Virus record (IMG/VR): IMGVR_UViG_3300033148_007488
Location: 1 to 64,000 of that record
Length of the DNA: 64,000 bases
From: a virus
Taxonomy: Duplodnaviria; Heunggongvirae; Uroviricota; Caudoviricetes
Reading direction: 5' to 3' (one strand)
The notes beneath the pieces were generated by a model. That model was not told where the DNA came from. It worked only from the letters and a program-made list of their open reading frames with translations, and did not search any database. Position 1 is the first letter of the stretch, and every line of letters begins with the position of its first letter. Shown here piece after piece: positions 9,154-17,491 of this stretch. A program made the position numbers and the translations under genes.

Positions 9154-10674
9154 TCACATCCTCAATAAAGTTAAATGCCTTTCACCAAAAGCAATAGGGA
9201 ATTCAGTTTTTAATTCTTCAAGCTTTTTGATCATTTTACCATCGTTCCTTTTATTCCATTCCATATAAATTTTTGATAATAGGATTGAAGGAGTGTAATA
9301 ATCTTTTAGTGATAGTTCTCTTTCTGTTATCACTTTCAACATCTCCTTGTATCTATTTTCAAATTTGCAATTCTTTCTCTTTTTAGGCGGGTCTTTTAGG
9401 ATTGTTTTAGCTTTGGTAATAGTAACCTCACCATTAAATACTTTCTTGAATAATTCGGGGGATCTTGCCTTGATGTTTTTGGCATCTGAAATATACCTTG
9501 GGTTGATTTCAAGGAAGTTTGCCAATCTTTCTGTTGACTTTCCTTTCGTGGAAGAGGGTATTAATTCCCTATCCTCTTTTAGCTGGCTATTTTTACCATT
9601 AACTTTACGCCTTTTCTGTGCTTCTTTCTCATACTTTTCAAGAAGATTTTCAACACCATAAGCAGCTAATTGAGAAGCCGTTAAATGCCTTCTTTTGAGG
9701 TTCATGGATTCCACGTATTCTTTAGGAGTACAATTACCCTTCCATGGTGCGTAAGGTGGTTTTATACCCTCTTCTACTGACAGCTCTTGCCGTGTCCTTC
9801 CATCCAAAACCATGCCTTGGTAAAGTTTAACAGGTTCATGAACACCGTGTAAGATAATATCTTTTCTTAATCTTTCTCTGTCCGTACCTGAAGCGGCAGG
9901 AATTTTAATGGCTAATGGATGAATCTTAAGGGATTGCCAATCAAACCCTTTCGGTTCCTTCTTTTCAACCTTTTTGGAATTAAGGAAATCCTTCTTTGCT
10001 CTTTCGATTTCATCCTGATCAATCTCTTTTTTCTTGTCGATTAAATCAATAACTTCAAGCGTCCTTTTGAATATCTCCTCATCATTAACCCAGGCATTTT
10101 TTTTATGACAATAATGCTCTTCAAGTATCACCCATTTACGATGAGCCCTGTTCGGTTTTGGTAGGTGGAACACTGTACCTTTTTTACCCTCGAAAATCTT
10201 CGGAGCAGAGACAAAATAATGAACATCAATGTCATCCTCTGAACGTCCATTAATCTCTTCTTTAGTCACAGGCAAAGTTACGTTCATTCGGTCGAAATAT
10301 TCCTCTGTAAGTTCTGAAGAGTAACAGGCAAGCTTAAAAATGATCTCTTCCCACGGTGGAGTCTCTTGAGGAAGGATCGTATATTTATTGAGATAAACTA
10401 AAATTTCCTCAGAGGTCATGATCCTGTTCGGGACATTGACTATCTGTTCGCAGGATTCCCCTTTTGAATTGAAAATAGGATGAACCCCATGGCTAGTGAT
10501 GAGCGGAGCAAGGAACGTAATAAAAGCTGGTTTTGTGGCGGTTTCGGTGTCAATTGTGGAGTGCTTTTTGTATTTTAAAGAGAAATTCTTGTGAGTAGCA
10601 AAGTTGATAACAGATTCTTCATAGTCTGATATTGCGTAGGAATCTTTTAATTTCCAGATTTGGTATTTTCTCAC
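9154..10674 (-). CDS. ParB-like nuclease/partition-domain protein with a long N-terminal extension.
   Basis: The segment '...DIILHGVHEPVKLYQGMVLDGRTRQEL...LTASQLAAYGVENLL' fits the ParB N-domain pattern (G..ePi.v..g.iidG..R..A). A C-terminal HTH-like tail follows it ('ISDAKNIKARSPELFKKVFNGEVTITKAKTIL'). Confidence 0.45.
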   Translation of the reverse strand: MRKYQIWKLKDSYAISDYEESVINFATHKNFSLKYKKHSTIDTETATKPAFITFLAPLITSHGVHPIFNSKGESCEQIVNVPNRIMTSEEILVYLNKYTILPQETPPWEEIIFKLACYSSELTEEYFDRMNVTLPVTKEEINGRSEDDIDVHYFVSAPKIFEGKKGTVFHLPKPNRAHRKWVILEEHYCHKKNAWVNDEEIFKRTLEVIDLIDKKKEIDQDEIERAKKDFLNSKKVEKKEPKGFDWQSLKIHPLAIKIPAASGTDRERLRKDIILHGVHEPVKLYQGMVLDGRTRQELSVEEGIKPPYAPWKGNCTPKEYVESMNLKRRHLTASQLAAYGVENLLEKYEKEAQKRRKVNGKNSQLKEDRELIPSSTKGKSTERLANFLEINPRYISDAKNIKARSPELFKKVFNGEVTITKAKTILKDPPKKRKNCKFENRYKEMLKVITERELSLKDYYTPSILLSKIYMEWNKRNDGKMIKKLEELKTEFPIAFGERHLTLLRM

Positions 10675-10794
10675 TTTTTCTCCTTTCTACATTTTTTATT
10701 TAGTGAAGTGACCACCTCAAGTTTAGGCTTTCATTCCCAAGGTTCAGGTTTTTCCCTTATTTGCCTCAAGATGTTTTTAAAAGCCTTTTTTGCA

Positions 10795-11286
10795 CTATAT
10801 TCCATTGCATGCCTTAATCTCTTCACGTTTAGTCACCTCAGAGCACTTTTTTAGCCTAAATGTTGCGCTTGGGTGGTCACTTGTCATACTGGTGTCATTC
10901 AAAGAATATTTAATTTTAGACTCAACAGGGTATATTAATTCTGCATTTTTCTGACACTCTGCAACTACAGATTTAATGTATTTTCTAGCTTTAGGAGAAA
11001 TGTACTTTTCTTCCATTCCTATTCTGTATTTTTTGGAAAGTTCCATCACTAAAAACAGTGTGAGGAAATCTTTTTTACCAGTTTCTCCTTCAAATCTGGC
11101 AATAAATCCAGTAATCATTTTTTCAACTACTACATCAGATGTCAGGCATTCTGAAATTTCCAAAGAGATAACAACCCCTTCCTTATAGGTGTACTCAGTC
11201 CATTCTTCAACTTTAATGAATTTATTTGATGCTTGAGCTGTCCATATAGAGAACAATATTGCAATAGTTAAGATCAGTTTTTTCAT
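10795..11286 (-). CDS. Secreted protein with a Sec signal peptide.
   Basis: The start is probably at 11286: MKKLILTIAILFSIWTAQA|SNKF has an AQA-S signal-peptidase site. The track ORF extends upstream to 11331. Confidence 0.45.
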   Translation of the reverse strand: MKKLILTIAILFSIWTAQASNKFIKVEEWTEYTYKEGVVISLEISECLTSDVVVEKMITGFIARFEGETGKKDFLTLFLVMELSKKYRIGMEEKYISPKARKYIKSVVAECQKNAELIYPVESKIKYSLNDTSMTSDHPSATFRLKKCSEVTKREEIKACNGI

Positions 11287-11480
11287 TTTCCACCTTTTTT
11301 CTTTGCATAATCTACAATGACACCTATGCAATAATTACATAGATGAATTTTACACTCGCTCATTTTTTTAGAGTGGGTTGAATATGCTGTTTCATGATCG
11401 CTTTCATGTTTAAAGCCAATTCCTTCTTCCCTGCTTAAATCAGTACTGCAAATATCACAGAAATACATTTGTTTTTTCAT
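11283..11480 (-). CDS. Small Cys-rich zinc-ribbon-like protein.
   Basis: ORF of 65 aa with CDIC...C..C..CNYC motifs. Confidence 0.4.
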   Translation of the reverse strand: MKKQMYFCDICSTDLSREEGIGFKHESDHETAYSTHSKKMSECKIHLCNYCIGVIVDYAKKKGGK

Positions 11481-11663
11481 AAGTTTACCTTGCTATATCT
11501 GTTTGAGATTTTTCCCAATAATCTATGATATTTTTATATCTGCATTTTGGGCATTTGATAATATCATTCTTTGATTCCCACACATCTTTGAGTTTTCCTT
11601 TTTATTTACAATGGCTGCAAACGCAAGCTAAAACTTCATTGCATTCAGGACATATTCCCATTA

Positions 11664-11852
11664 CTAGCTCCCAGTACCACGTTGGAATACTTCATATCCA
11701 TACGCTTTGCAAAACTCATGGTCATCGCCAGCCTGTTTCGCTTCTTTTAATGTTTTAAAAATTGCTACTTTGTCATCGTGATCGTTTCGAGCAACCTCCA
11801 TTGGCATAATTTCACCGTTTGGGTGGTTCATCATTATAAAATATTCACTCAT
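11664..11852 (-). CDS. Hypothetical small protein.
   Basis: ORF of 62 aa, coupled to 11849..12112. Confidence 0.3.
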   Translation of the reverse strand: MSEYFIMMNHPNGEIMPMEVARNDHDDKVAIFKTLKEAKQAGDDHEFCKAYGYEVFQRGTGS

Positions 11853-12112
11853 TCCAAAAATACCTGTGTTATAAATTTACCGTGTTTGTCGAAAAAGATT
11901 GAAGTGTAAAGACTAATATACCCGCCAAACTTATCTGATAATGTTTCACATTCTTGGCTGCACCAATTATTTTCAGCAAGAGTAATTATAAAATGGCTAG
12001 ATTTTTTATAACCTAAATCATCTGGTTCTAAAATTCCTATTCTACACTCAATTCCAAAAGATTGATACAGAGTAGTAAATTTCATGATCATCTGATTTAG
12101 CCAATTCTTCAA
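11849..12112 (-). CDS. Hypothetical small protein.
   Basis: ORF of 87 aa. Confidence 0.35.
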   Translation of the reverse strand: MKNWLNQMIMKFTTLYQSFGIECRIGILEPDDLGYKKSSHFIITLAENNWCSQECETLSDKFGGYISLYTSIFFDKHGKFITQVFLE

Positions 12113-12145
12113 AGTTAGCGTATTTTTTCATGATTGGCTTCACCT

Positions 12146-12910
12146 TTAAACTTTGTTTAGAGTTACCTTTTTAGTTATTATTTCACCTCCACAGCCATCT
12201 GCAAGAGCAATTGCCACAGATACAGCACTTTCTGTACTTTCACCAAGATATAAAGCAGATTCGGCATGTTTATAACCTGAACCAGTAGCACAGAAATCTT
12301 TTATTCTAAGTGGTAGCCAGTCTTCTATCATGAATAAACCGCTATTATGGGCGAGTATCATGCTACAACTTTGGTCCCATGAACCAGTCTTTTTTTTGCA
12401 ATAATCTAAAAATTCTGAACCCCATTCAATAATCCTGTCTTCATCACCTACCCCTATTTTATGATTTTTTGAGTAGACCATTAACAGCGGTAAGACCATT
12501 GCGCTTCCGCTAACACCTAGAATGAAATCATCCCCTGTAATTATTTTGTCAGGGTATCCAGTTGATTTTTTATGCCAACCCCTTGATATTTGTGAGTCAC
12601 AAGACATTGATATCTCATTTTTAATTATTTTTGCCGCTATTACTGTCATATATTCCTGACTCTGTATTGTTTGTATTTCATACCATTCTGGGTTTATTGT
12701 TTGATCTAAAAGGTGGCAAACTTTGCCTCCTAGTGAATATCCTTCCTTTATCGTTTTAACACAGCTATCATCTTTCAGCGCATCAGAAAAAGCTTTCTCT
12801 TTGTCAATTGCGACTCGTGGGATGCCTCCGCTTGATAAAAGTTCACCTTCAAACGTGTGAATCCTTGATTCAATTGTTGTTTTTTTGTGTGTTGTCTTCC
12901 CGTTTAACAA
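12146..12910 (-). CDS. Hypothetical protein, possibly an Ntn-hydrolase (HslV/proteasome-like) fold.
   Basis: 'FCATGSGYKHAESALYLG' and 'AIALADGCGGEIITKKV' faintly resemble the HslV motifs 'IAIGSGGPYAQAAARAL' and 'ALDIAGDICIYTN'. The resemblance is weak. Confidence 0.4.
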   Translation of the reverse strand: MLNGKTTHKKTTIESRIHTFEGELLSSGGIPRVAIDKEKAFSDALKDDSCVKTIKEGYSLGGKVCHLLDQTINPEWYEIQTIQSQEYMTVIAAKIIKNEISMSCDSQISRGWHKKSTGYPDKIITGDDFILGVSGSAMVLPLLMVYSKNHKIGVGDEDRIIEWGSEFLDYCKKKTGSWDQSCSMILAHNSGLFMIEDWLPLRIKDFCATGSGYKHAESALYLGESTESAVSVAIALADGCGGEIITKKVTLNKV

Positions 12911-13068
12911 AATAAAAGACTACAACATACTGGCGAATGTATTTAAGCATTAATACCTTATTTGAATACTACCGACCTACCGCTACATATGAACCAATGT
13001 TTTACACATTTATCAGGTCGGTAGCATAGTGTTAAGTTTTTTTTATGCGGCCACAAAAAGATCCACTT

Positions 13069-14373
13069 TTATTTGGTTTTAAGACTTCTTGCAAGATCCA
13101 GCGCAGCTTTATTAGCCATCACTTCTAAATAACTAATGGCATTGACACCCCCTTTTCCGCCACTTCCACTAACAACCAATGGAACAAGTTGAGCAGATTT
13201 CATATTTGAGTACAGGTCTCTGTTCATTGTAACTTTAGCTTTAAGAGTCTCATCAAATACGTATTTAGGATCAAGAGCTGATGTTTTAGCCCGTCTACGA
13301 GCAGCAGCAAGTACATCCATACCTTGAGCTTCCAATTTCTGTTGCTTAAGAATCTGTGTCTGTTCCAGAGCCAACTGAGCTTTTACTGATACTCTCTGTT
13401 CAGCAGCAATAATAGCATTGGCTTTCACTCTTTCAGCATCGATCATCTCTTTAGTCTTTAAGACTTCAGAATCAGCTCTCTGTTTAGCGATACGTTGAGC
13501 ACCTTGAGCAACTTCAGTTTTAGCAGCCTGTTCAGCCTTCTTAAGGTTTTGTCGAGACAAGGCTTCATCAGCAGCAGCTTGTTTTTGAGCTTCCAACCGA
13601 GCATCAACTTTAGTCTCATAATCGATATCAATAATACTTGCATCTACTACAGCAATAGCGTAATCGGATAACATCTTGTCATTTCTGAGTAATTCTTGAG
13701 TCTTAGGATCTTTTTTGATCTCGATAGTTACTCTTTGTCTTTGACTTAATGAATCATCTTCACCTTTTTGGGCTGCCTGCTCAATCTTCTGTTCAGTAAC
13801 ATAAATACCGTTTTGTAACTGATCAGAAAAGTTTTGAGATAACTGGCCATTACCACCTGAGTAATGCTGTTCTACTGACATCATCCGAGCAGATGCTTTC
13901 ACATTCTCAGTAACCGTTCTAACAAGTAAGTTAGAAACCAATGTTTCCTGAGAACCAAATTCTTCATGAATCTTTAACAATCCACGTAATATCCCAGTGT
14001 CAGCAGCAGCAACATGCCCAGGTAGCCTGAATCGAGCTACACCACGAGCATCACCAGTTGTTGTATCCAAAAATCGAATAGGAATCAAAGGAATAATTGA
14101 ACTGGCTTTAACTTCAGCATCACCAGAAAAATTAACAGAGATTACTTTCTTGTAGATTGTGGTTGTACCAAAGGCTTTCATGTAAGGCCCTGCTGACTCA
14201 ATCACTGTTAAGTCGCCATTAAAGGCTGACTGATGTACAATTCGTTCATCAGCTTCATTCCATGAAATCATCTGAAAGACTAAAATCAAACCGATGACTG
14301 CAATAACAACCGATGAAATTATAATCGTAATCAGTCTCAGTTTTTTCTTTTCACTCTCATCATCAAAACTCAT
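13069..14373 (-). CDS. SPFH/Band-7 family membrane protein (flotillin/YqiK/FloT-like).
   Basis: It has an N-terminal transmembrane helix (ITIIISSVVIAVIGLILVF), an SPFH-like core, a long Ala/Glu/Gln-rich coiled coil (..LEAQKQAAADEALSRQNLKKAEQAAKTEVAQGAQRIAKQRAD..) and a C-terminal 'PLVVSGSGG' motif like FloT 'VVDTGGSG'. Confidence 0.65.
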   Translation of the reverse strand: MSFDDESEKKKLRLITIIISSVVIAVIGLILVFQMISWNEADERIVHQSAFNGDLTVIESAGPYMKAFGTTTIYKKVISVNFSGDAEVKASSIIPLIPIRFLDTTTGDARGVARFRLPGHVAAADTGILRGLLKIHEEFGSQETLVSNLLVRTVTENVKASARMMSVEQHYSGGNGQLSQNFSDQLQNGIYVTEQKIEQAAQKGEDDSLSQRQRVTIEIKKDPKTQELLRNDKMLSDYAIAVVDASIIDIDYETKVDARLEAQKQAAADEALSRQNLKKAEQAAKTEVAQGAQRIAKQRADSEVLKTKEMIDAERVKANAIIAAEQRVSVKAQLALEQTQILKQQKLEAQGMDVLAAARRRAKTSALDPKYVFDETLKAKVTMNRDLYSNMKSAQLVPLVVSGSGGKGGVNAISYLEVMANKAALDLARSLKTK

Positions 14374-14702
14374 TTTTCGTCTCCATTAAATAATTTAGTT
14401 TTAACGAAAGCTATTACTTCTTCTTCCGTTAGATGCGCACAAAAACTTCCAGACCTATGTAGTTCAACAAAAGTATTAAGGATATCTTTCTTCCTTTCTT
14501 CTATTGTATCTTCATTCTCAACAATCTTATCAATTTTCATCAATTCGCTGATAAGAAAATCTACTATTGTATCTGGATCTTTGAGAAAATTATACTCTTT
14601 AGTCCGTATAAAATCCTCCTTTCTGAAGTTGCCAATCAACGCATAAGCAGCTCCTCCTAAAATTGCTATTAATATCAATAGCAATAGTGTATAAATAAAC
14701 AT
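14370..14702 (-). CDS. Small single-pass membrane protein, translationally coupled to the SPFH gene (NfeD/YqiJ-like partner position).
   Basis: ORF of 110 aa with an N-terminal transmembrane helix (LLLLILIAILGGAAYALIG). Its stop overlaps the SPFH start (ATGA). Confidence 0.5.
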   Translation of the reverse strand: MFIYTLLLLILIAILGGAAYALIGNFRKEDFIRTKEYNFLKDPDTIVDFLISELMKIDKIVENEDTIEERKKDILNTFVELHRSGSFCAHLTEEEVIAFVKTKLFNGDEK

Positions 14703-14893
14703 GAATTTGCCTTAAGCCAATTAGTTTAATCAGGATCGAAAAACACCAAGAGTAATAGTATCGTAAATAGTCGTTTAATTTATGCATTTTTATTTGAAGA
14801 TACCGCCCAAATCGAGCGGTATCTGAAATTCCTTAGACCGGGAAAAGGCCCGGCACCTTGCTTTCTGATACTTTTTCAGGCATTGCCCGTATT

Positions 14894-15190
14894 TCAAATA
14901 AAAGCGGTGATCAGCATTCTCCTCCTTTTAATTAATGGGCCAGTAGGCGACAGTTCGGTATATTTATCTTTTGTGAAATAAAGCCGGGCTAATATTCCCG
15001 TATGTCTGGGTAAGATTAAATATATTTTGGATTTGTCTAAGGATTTCAGGTCCTCAACAATCGCAACCTCACCACTGAACGAATTAACAACCAATCGGTC
15101 ATACTGAGTATCTGCAAACGCTGGGGCGGTAACCAGCGTAAACAATCCCAGAAAAAGGACCGCAAAAATGCTGCAAATTTTTAAAAACAA
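14894..15190 (-). CDS. Small secreted protein.
   Basis: The signal peptide MFLKICSIFAVLFLGLFTLVTAPAFA|DT has an AFA-D cleavage site. Confidence 0.45.
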   Translation of the reverse strand: MFLKICSIFAVLFLGLFTLVTAPAFADTQYDRLVVNSFSGEVAIVEDLKSLDKSKIYLILPRHTGILARLYFTKDKYTELSPTGPLIKRRRMLITAFI

Positions 15191-15446
15191 AACTAATCCT
15201 CCTTTTTAAATTATGAAGATAGATGCCGGATGGATCTACCAAAAATGTCTAGCCAGTTTAATCCGGCCTAGCCTGTATGAAACCTTTCGGCTCCAACTTA
15301 CGCATTGTGGTCTCCTGTTTGAGTTATAAAGTAATACTTAAGTACTGAACTAATACCCAAAAAGCCACAATTAAGTGGCTGTAAGAGCATAGGCATATTT
15401 TTAGCCATGAGATTTAAGGGTAATTATCGTTTACCCTTAATGTTAT

Positions 15447-16163
15447 TTATTCAATCTGAACATTATCAAAAAGAACCGTTCCTGCATACTTGATAACAGC
15501 TTGTTTTGCGAGTAGGAAGATTTCTTTATAATGAAGCTTATCTTCCATTCCTTGCTTAATGGTCTCATTGGCCACATGTTCAGCCATGACAATCATATGT
15601 AGTTTCATCCGGTCTAATGTGTCTCTGAAATTTGATGGTACTTTTTCCTTGTATTCAAGAAGTCTCAGGGCTACGTATTCCATTTTTGTTATGTTGCCAT
15701 AATATCTTGATGCTGATTTTGATCCTTGCTTTGTTGCATAATCAACGAATTCTTGAATACAACCTGTTAATTCAAGTCTAACAATTTTGCTGTCATCTCG
15801 AACCTGTTTCCACACTAAATCTTTATGATTTAGTAGAGTTCTTTCCATCAAGTTAAAAGCTTCAATGAAATCCATTTTCCATTTTAAAGCCTTATTTCCG
15901 GTAAAGCTCATTGCCAGCAATGAGAATGAATTTCGATCCATTTCGAAGTATCTAAAATCACGCCCCCTGATTGTTCTTTTTTTCTCAACAAAGGAATAAT
16001 GCGGCTTCCGAGTGCGTTTTTTTTCGTCCATGACTTTTTCTACACTCGTTTTCAGCTTGTCAATAGACTTTAATACCCTATCATGAGGTTTACCGAACTT
16101 TTCAGCAAGAACCCTACTATCTGCAACAGCATTACCCTTTTTAATAAATACTAAGTCGGTCAT
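15447..16163 (-). CDS. Phage regulatory protein Rha family.
   Basis: The N-terminus 'VFIKKGNAVADSRVLAEKFGKPHDRVLKSIDKL...LLAMSFTGNKALKWKMDFIEAFNLME' matches the Phage_pRha pattern (..v.tsS..vAe.FgK.H..VlR.I..l...LLamgf.g.kA..fk..yi.aF..mE). Confidence 0.6.
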   Translation of the reverse strand: MTDLVFIKKGNAVADSRVLAEKFGKPHDRVLKSIDKLKTSVEKVMDEKKRTRKPHYSFVEKKRTIRGRDFRYFEMDRNSFSLLAMSFTGNKALKWKMDFIEAFNLMERTLLNHKDLVWKQVRDDSKIVRLELTGCIQEFVDYATKQGSKSASRYYGNITKMEYVALRLLEYKEKVPSNFRDTLDRMKLHMIVMAEHVANETIKQGMEDKLHYKEIFLLAKQAVIKYAGTVLFDNVQIE

Positions 16164-16216
16164 AGTTGTTTTATCTTTGTGATTACAAAAGTTGTTTAAT
16201 CTAACTATATGGTGTA

Positions 16217-17491
16217 GTGGGAAAATGTGTCAATAGATATTTACGGAATTATGCACCACCGTTTGCCCATAATACCATATTATGCAACGATTATCTAAAA
16301 ACTAACTTACCCGACAAGGTTTTTATGAATTATCAAGCACCAGCCCCCGCAATGTCTTTGTTCTCAGCAAAAAGACCGGAAGAAAAGATCCACGTAAAAA
16401 AGAAAGAAGTTTACACTCTTGAGGATAGTTACAGCTTCCAAGGTATGCCTATTTCCATTGAAAATAAAGCTGGGAACTATCGCACAGGCAAAGACGGAGA
16501 CGGCCACGAATGGAAAACATTCATGTATTATGATTATGGATATATCAGAAATACAGAGGCTAAAGATGGTGAAGCCGTGGACGTTTATGTCAACAAAGAA
16601 GGCAGGAAATCAAATCTGGTTCATGTAATCCACCAAAAGAAAATTGAAGAAGTAAAGAAGTGGAAAAATGGAATCTGTCCTACCTGCAAGAAAAAGCATT
16701 TCAAATGCAAACACGCTTATGATGAAGATAAGGTTATGCTTGGATTTGATTACCGTGATGATGCAATCAAAGCTTATACCGCTCAATATGATTCTCCTCT
16801 TTTCTTGGGGCCTGTCTCTACCTACACAATTGAGGAATTCAAAGGACATCTCAAGAATTCGTGGGGGAAGAAACTTCCTTATAATAGGTTAGAGAAGGGA
16901 TGTGCAGTCAAAAAAGGGAATACTAGGTTTATAACAACTTCTGAATTGGGTACAAAGGTTGACGAAATGTACAAAGCCGATAAAAAAGAAGGCGAAACAA
17001 GAGATGAGTTTGTTAATAGATCCTTGAAAGAAATTGTAGCCAAACAACAGATGTCTGGGCTGGACAAATCCTATCTAGGACAACCAGGAGATCCAAGAGG
17101 ATCATTCGCATGGTTAAGAGAAAATCTGGATACCGTACCAGCCTCTTCAAAAATAAAAATAAAGAACAAAGTAACACTCGCTACTTACGAAGCACCAAGT
17201 TATTTAAAAACAACCATCGATGAAATATTAACCAGTAAAATGGAGAAAAGTATGGAACCTTATTCAGTCAAAAAACATTCTTGTACATCTGATGAAGATT
17301 ATATGTTGAATCGTGAACAAGGAGAAACCAAACAACAGTACGATTGGCGGATGAGGCTTGAATCCAGAACTTCAAAAGGAAGTCGGATTTGGAATGAAGG
17401 TGTTCATGTAGAAGCTGTAAATGATTATCCTCACGGAATGTACAAATCTACTAAAAAAATTATTGTTCCAACAGAAAAACAGGTGATATGA
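16217..17491 (+). CDS. Hypothetical protein whose N-terminal region resembles the inorganic-pyrophosphatase fold.
   Basis: 'ISIENKAGNYRTGKDGDGHEW..FMYYDYGYIRNTEAKDGEAVDVYV' aligns to E. coli PPase '[21 protein letters not shown]...[25 protein letters not shown]'. The downstream Asp residues are not conserved. The real start may be the internal ATG at 16325 (MNYQAP...). The stop overlaps the start of effector paralog A. Confidence 0.45.
   Translation: MGKCVNRYLRNYAPPFAHNTILCNDYLKTNLPDKVFMNYQAPAPAMSLFSAKRPEEKIHVKKKEVYTLEDSYSFQGMPISIENKAGNYRTGKDGDGHEWKTFMYYDYGYIRNTEAKDGEAVDVYVNKEGRKSNLVHVIHQKKIEEVKKWKNGICPTCKKKHFKCKHAYDEDKVMLGFDYRDDAIKAYTAQYDSPLFLGPVSTYTIEEFKGHLKNSWGKKLPYNRLEKGCAVKKGNTRFITTSELGTKVDEMYKADKKEGETRDEFVNRSLKEIVAKQQMSGLDKSYLGQPGDPRGSFAWLRENLDTVPASSKIKIKNKVTLATYEAPSYLKTTIDEILTSKMEKSMEPYSVKKHSCTSDEDYMLNREQGETKQQYDWRMRLESRTSKGSRIWNEGVHVEAVNDYPHGMYKSTKKIIVPTEKQVI

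Noticed and set aside
14801-14856. Two hairpins (GATACCGC..GCGGTATC and CCGGGAAAAGGCCCGG) as intrinsic terminators.
   Set aside because: Neither is followed by a convincing U-run on the strand of the flanking minus-strand genes. They may be structured RNA elements, but I cannot support a terminator call.
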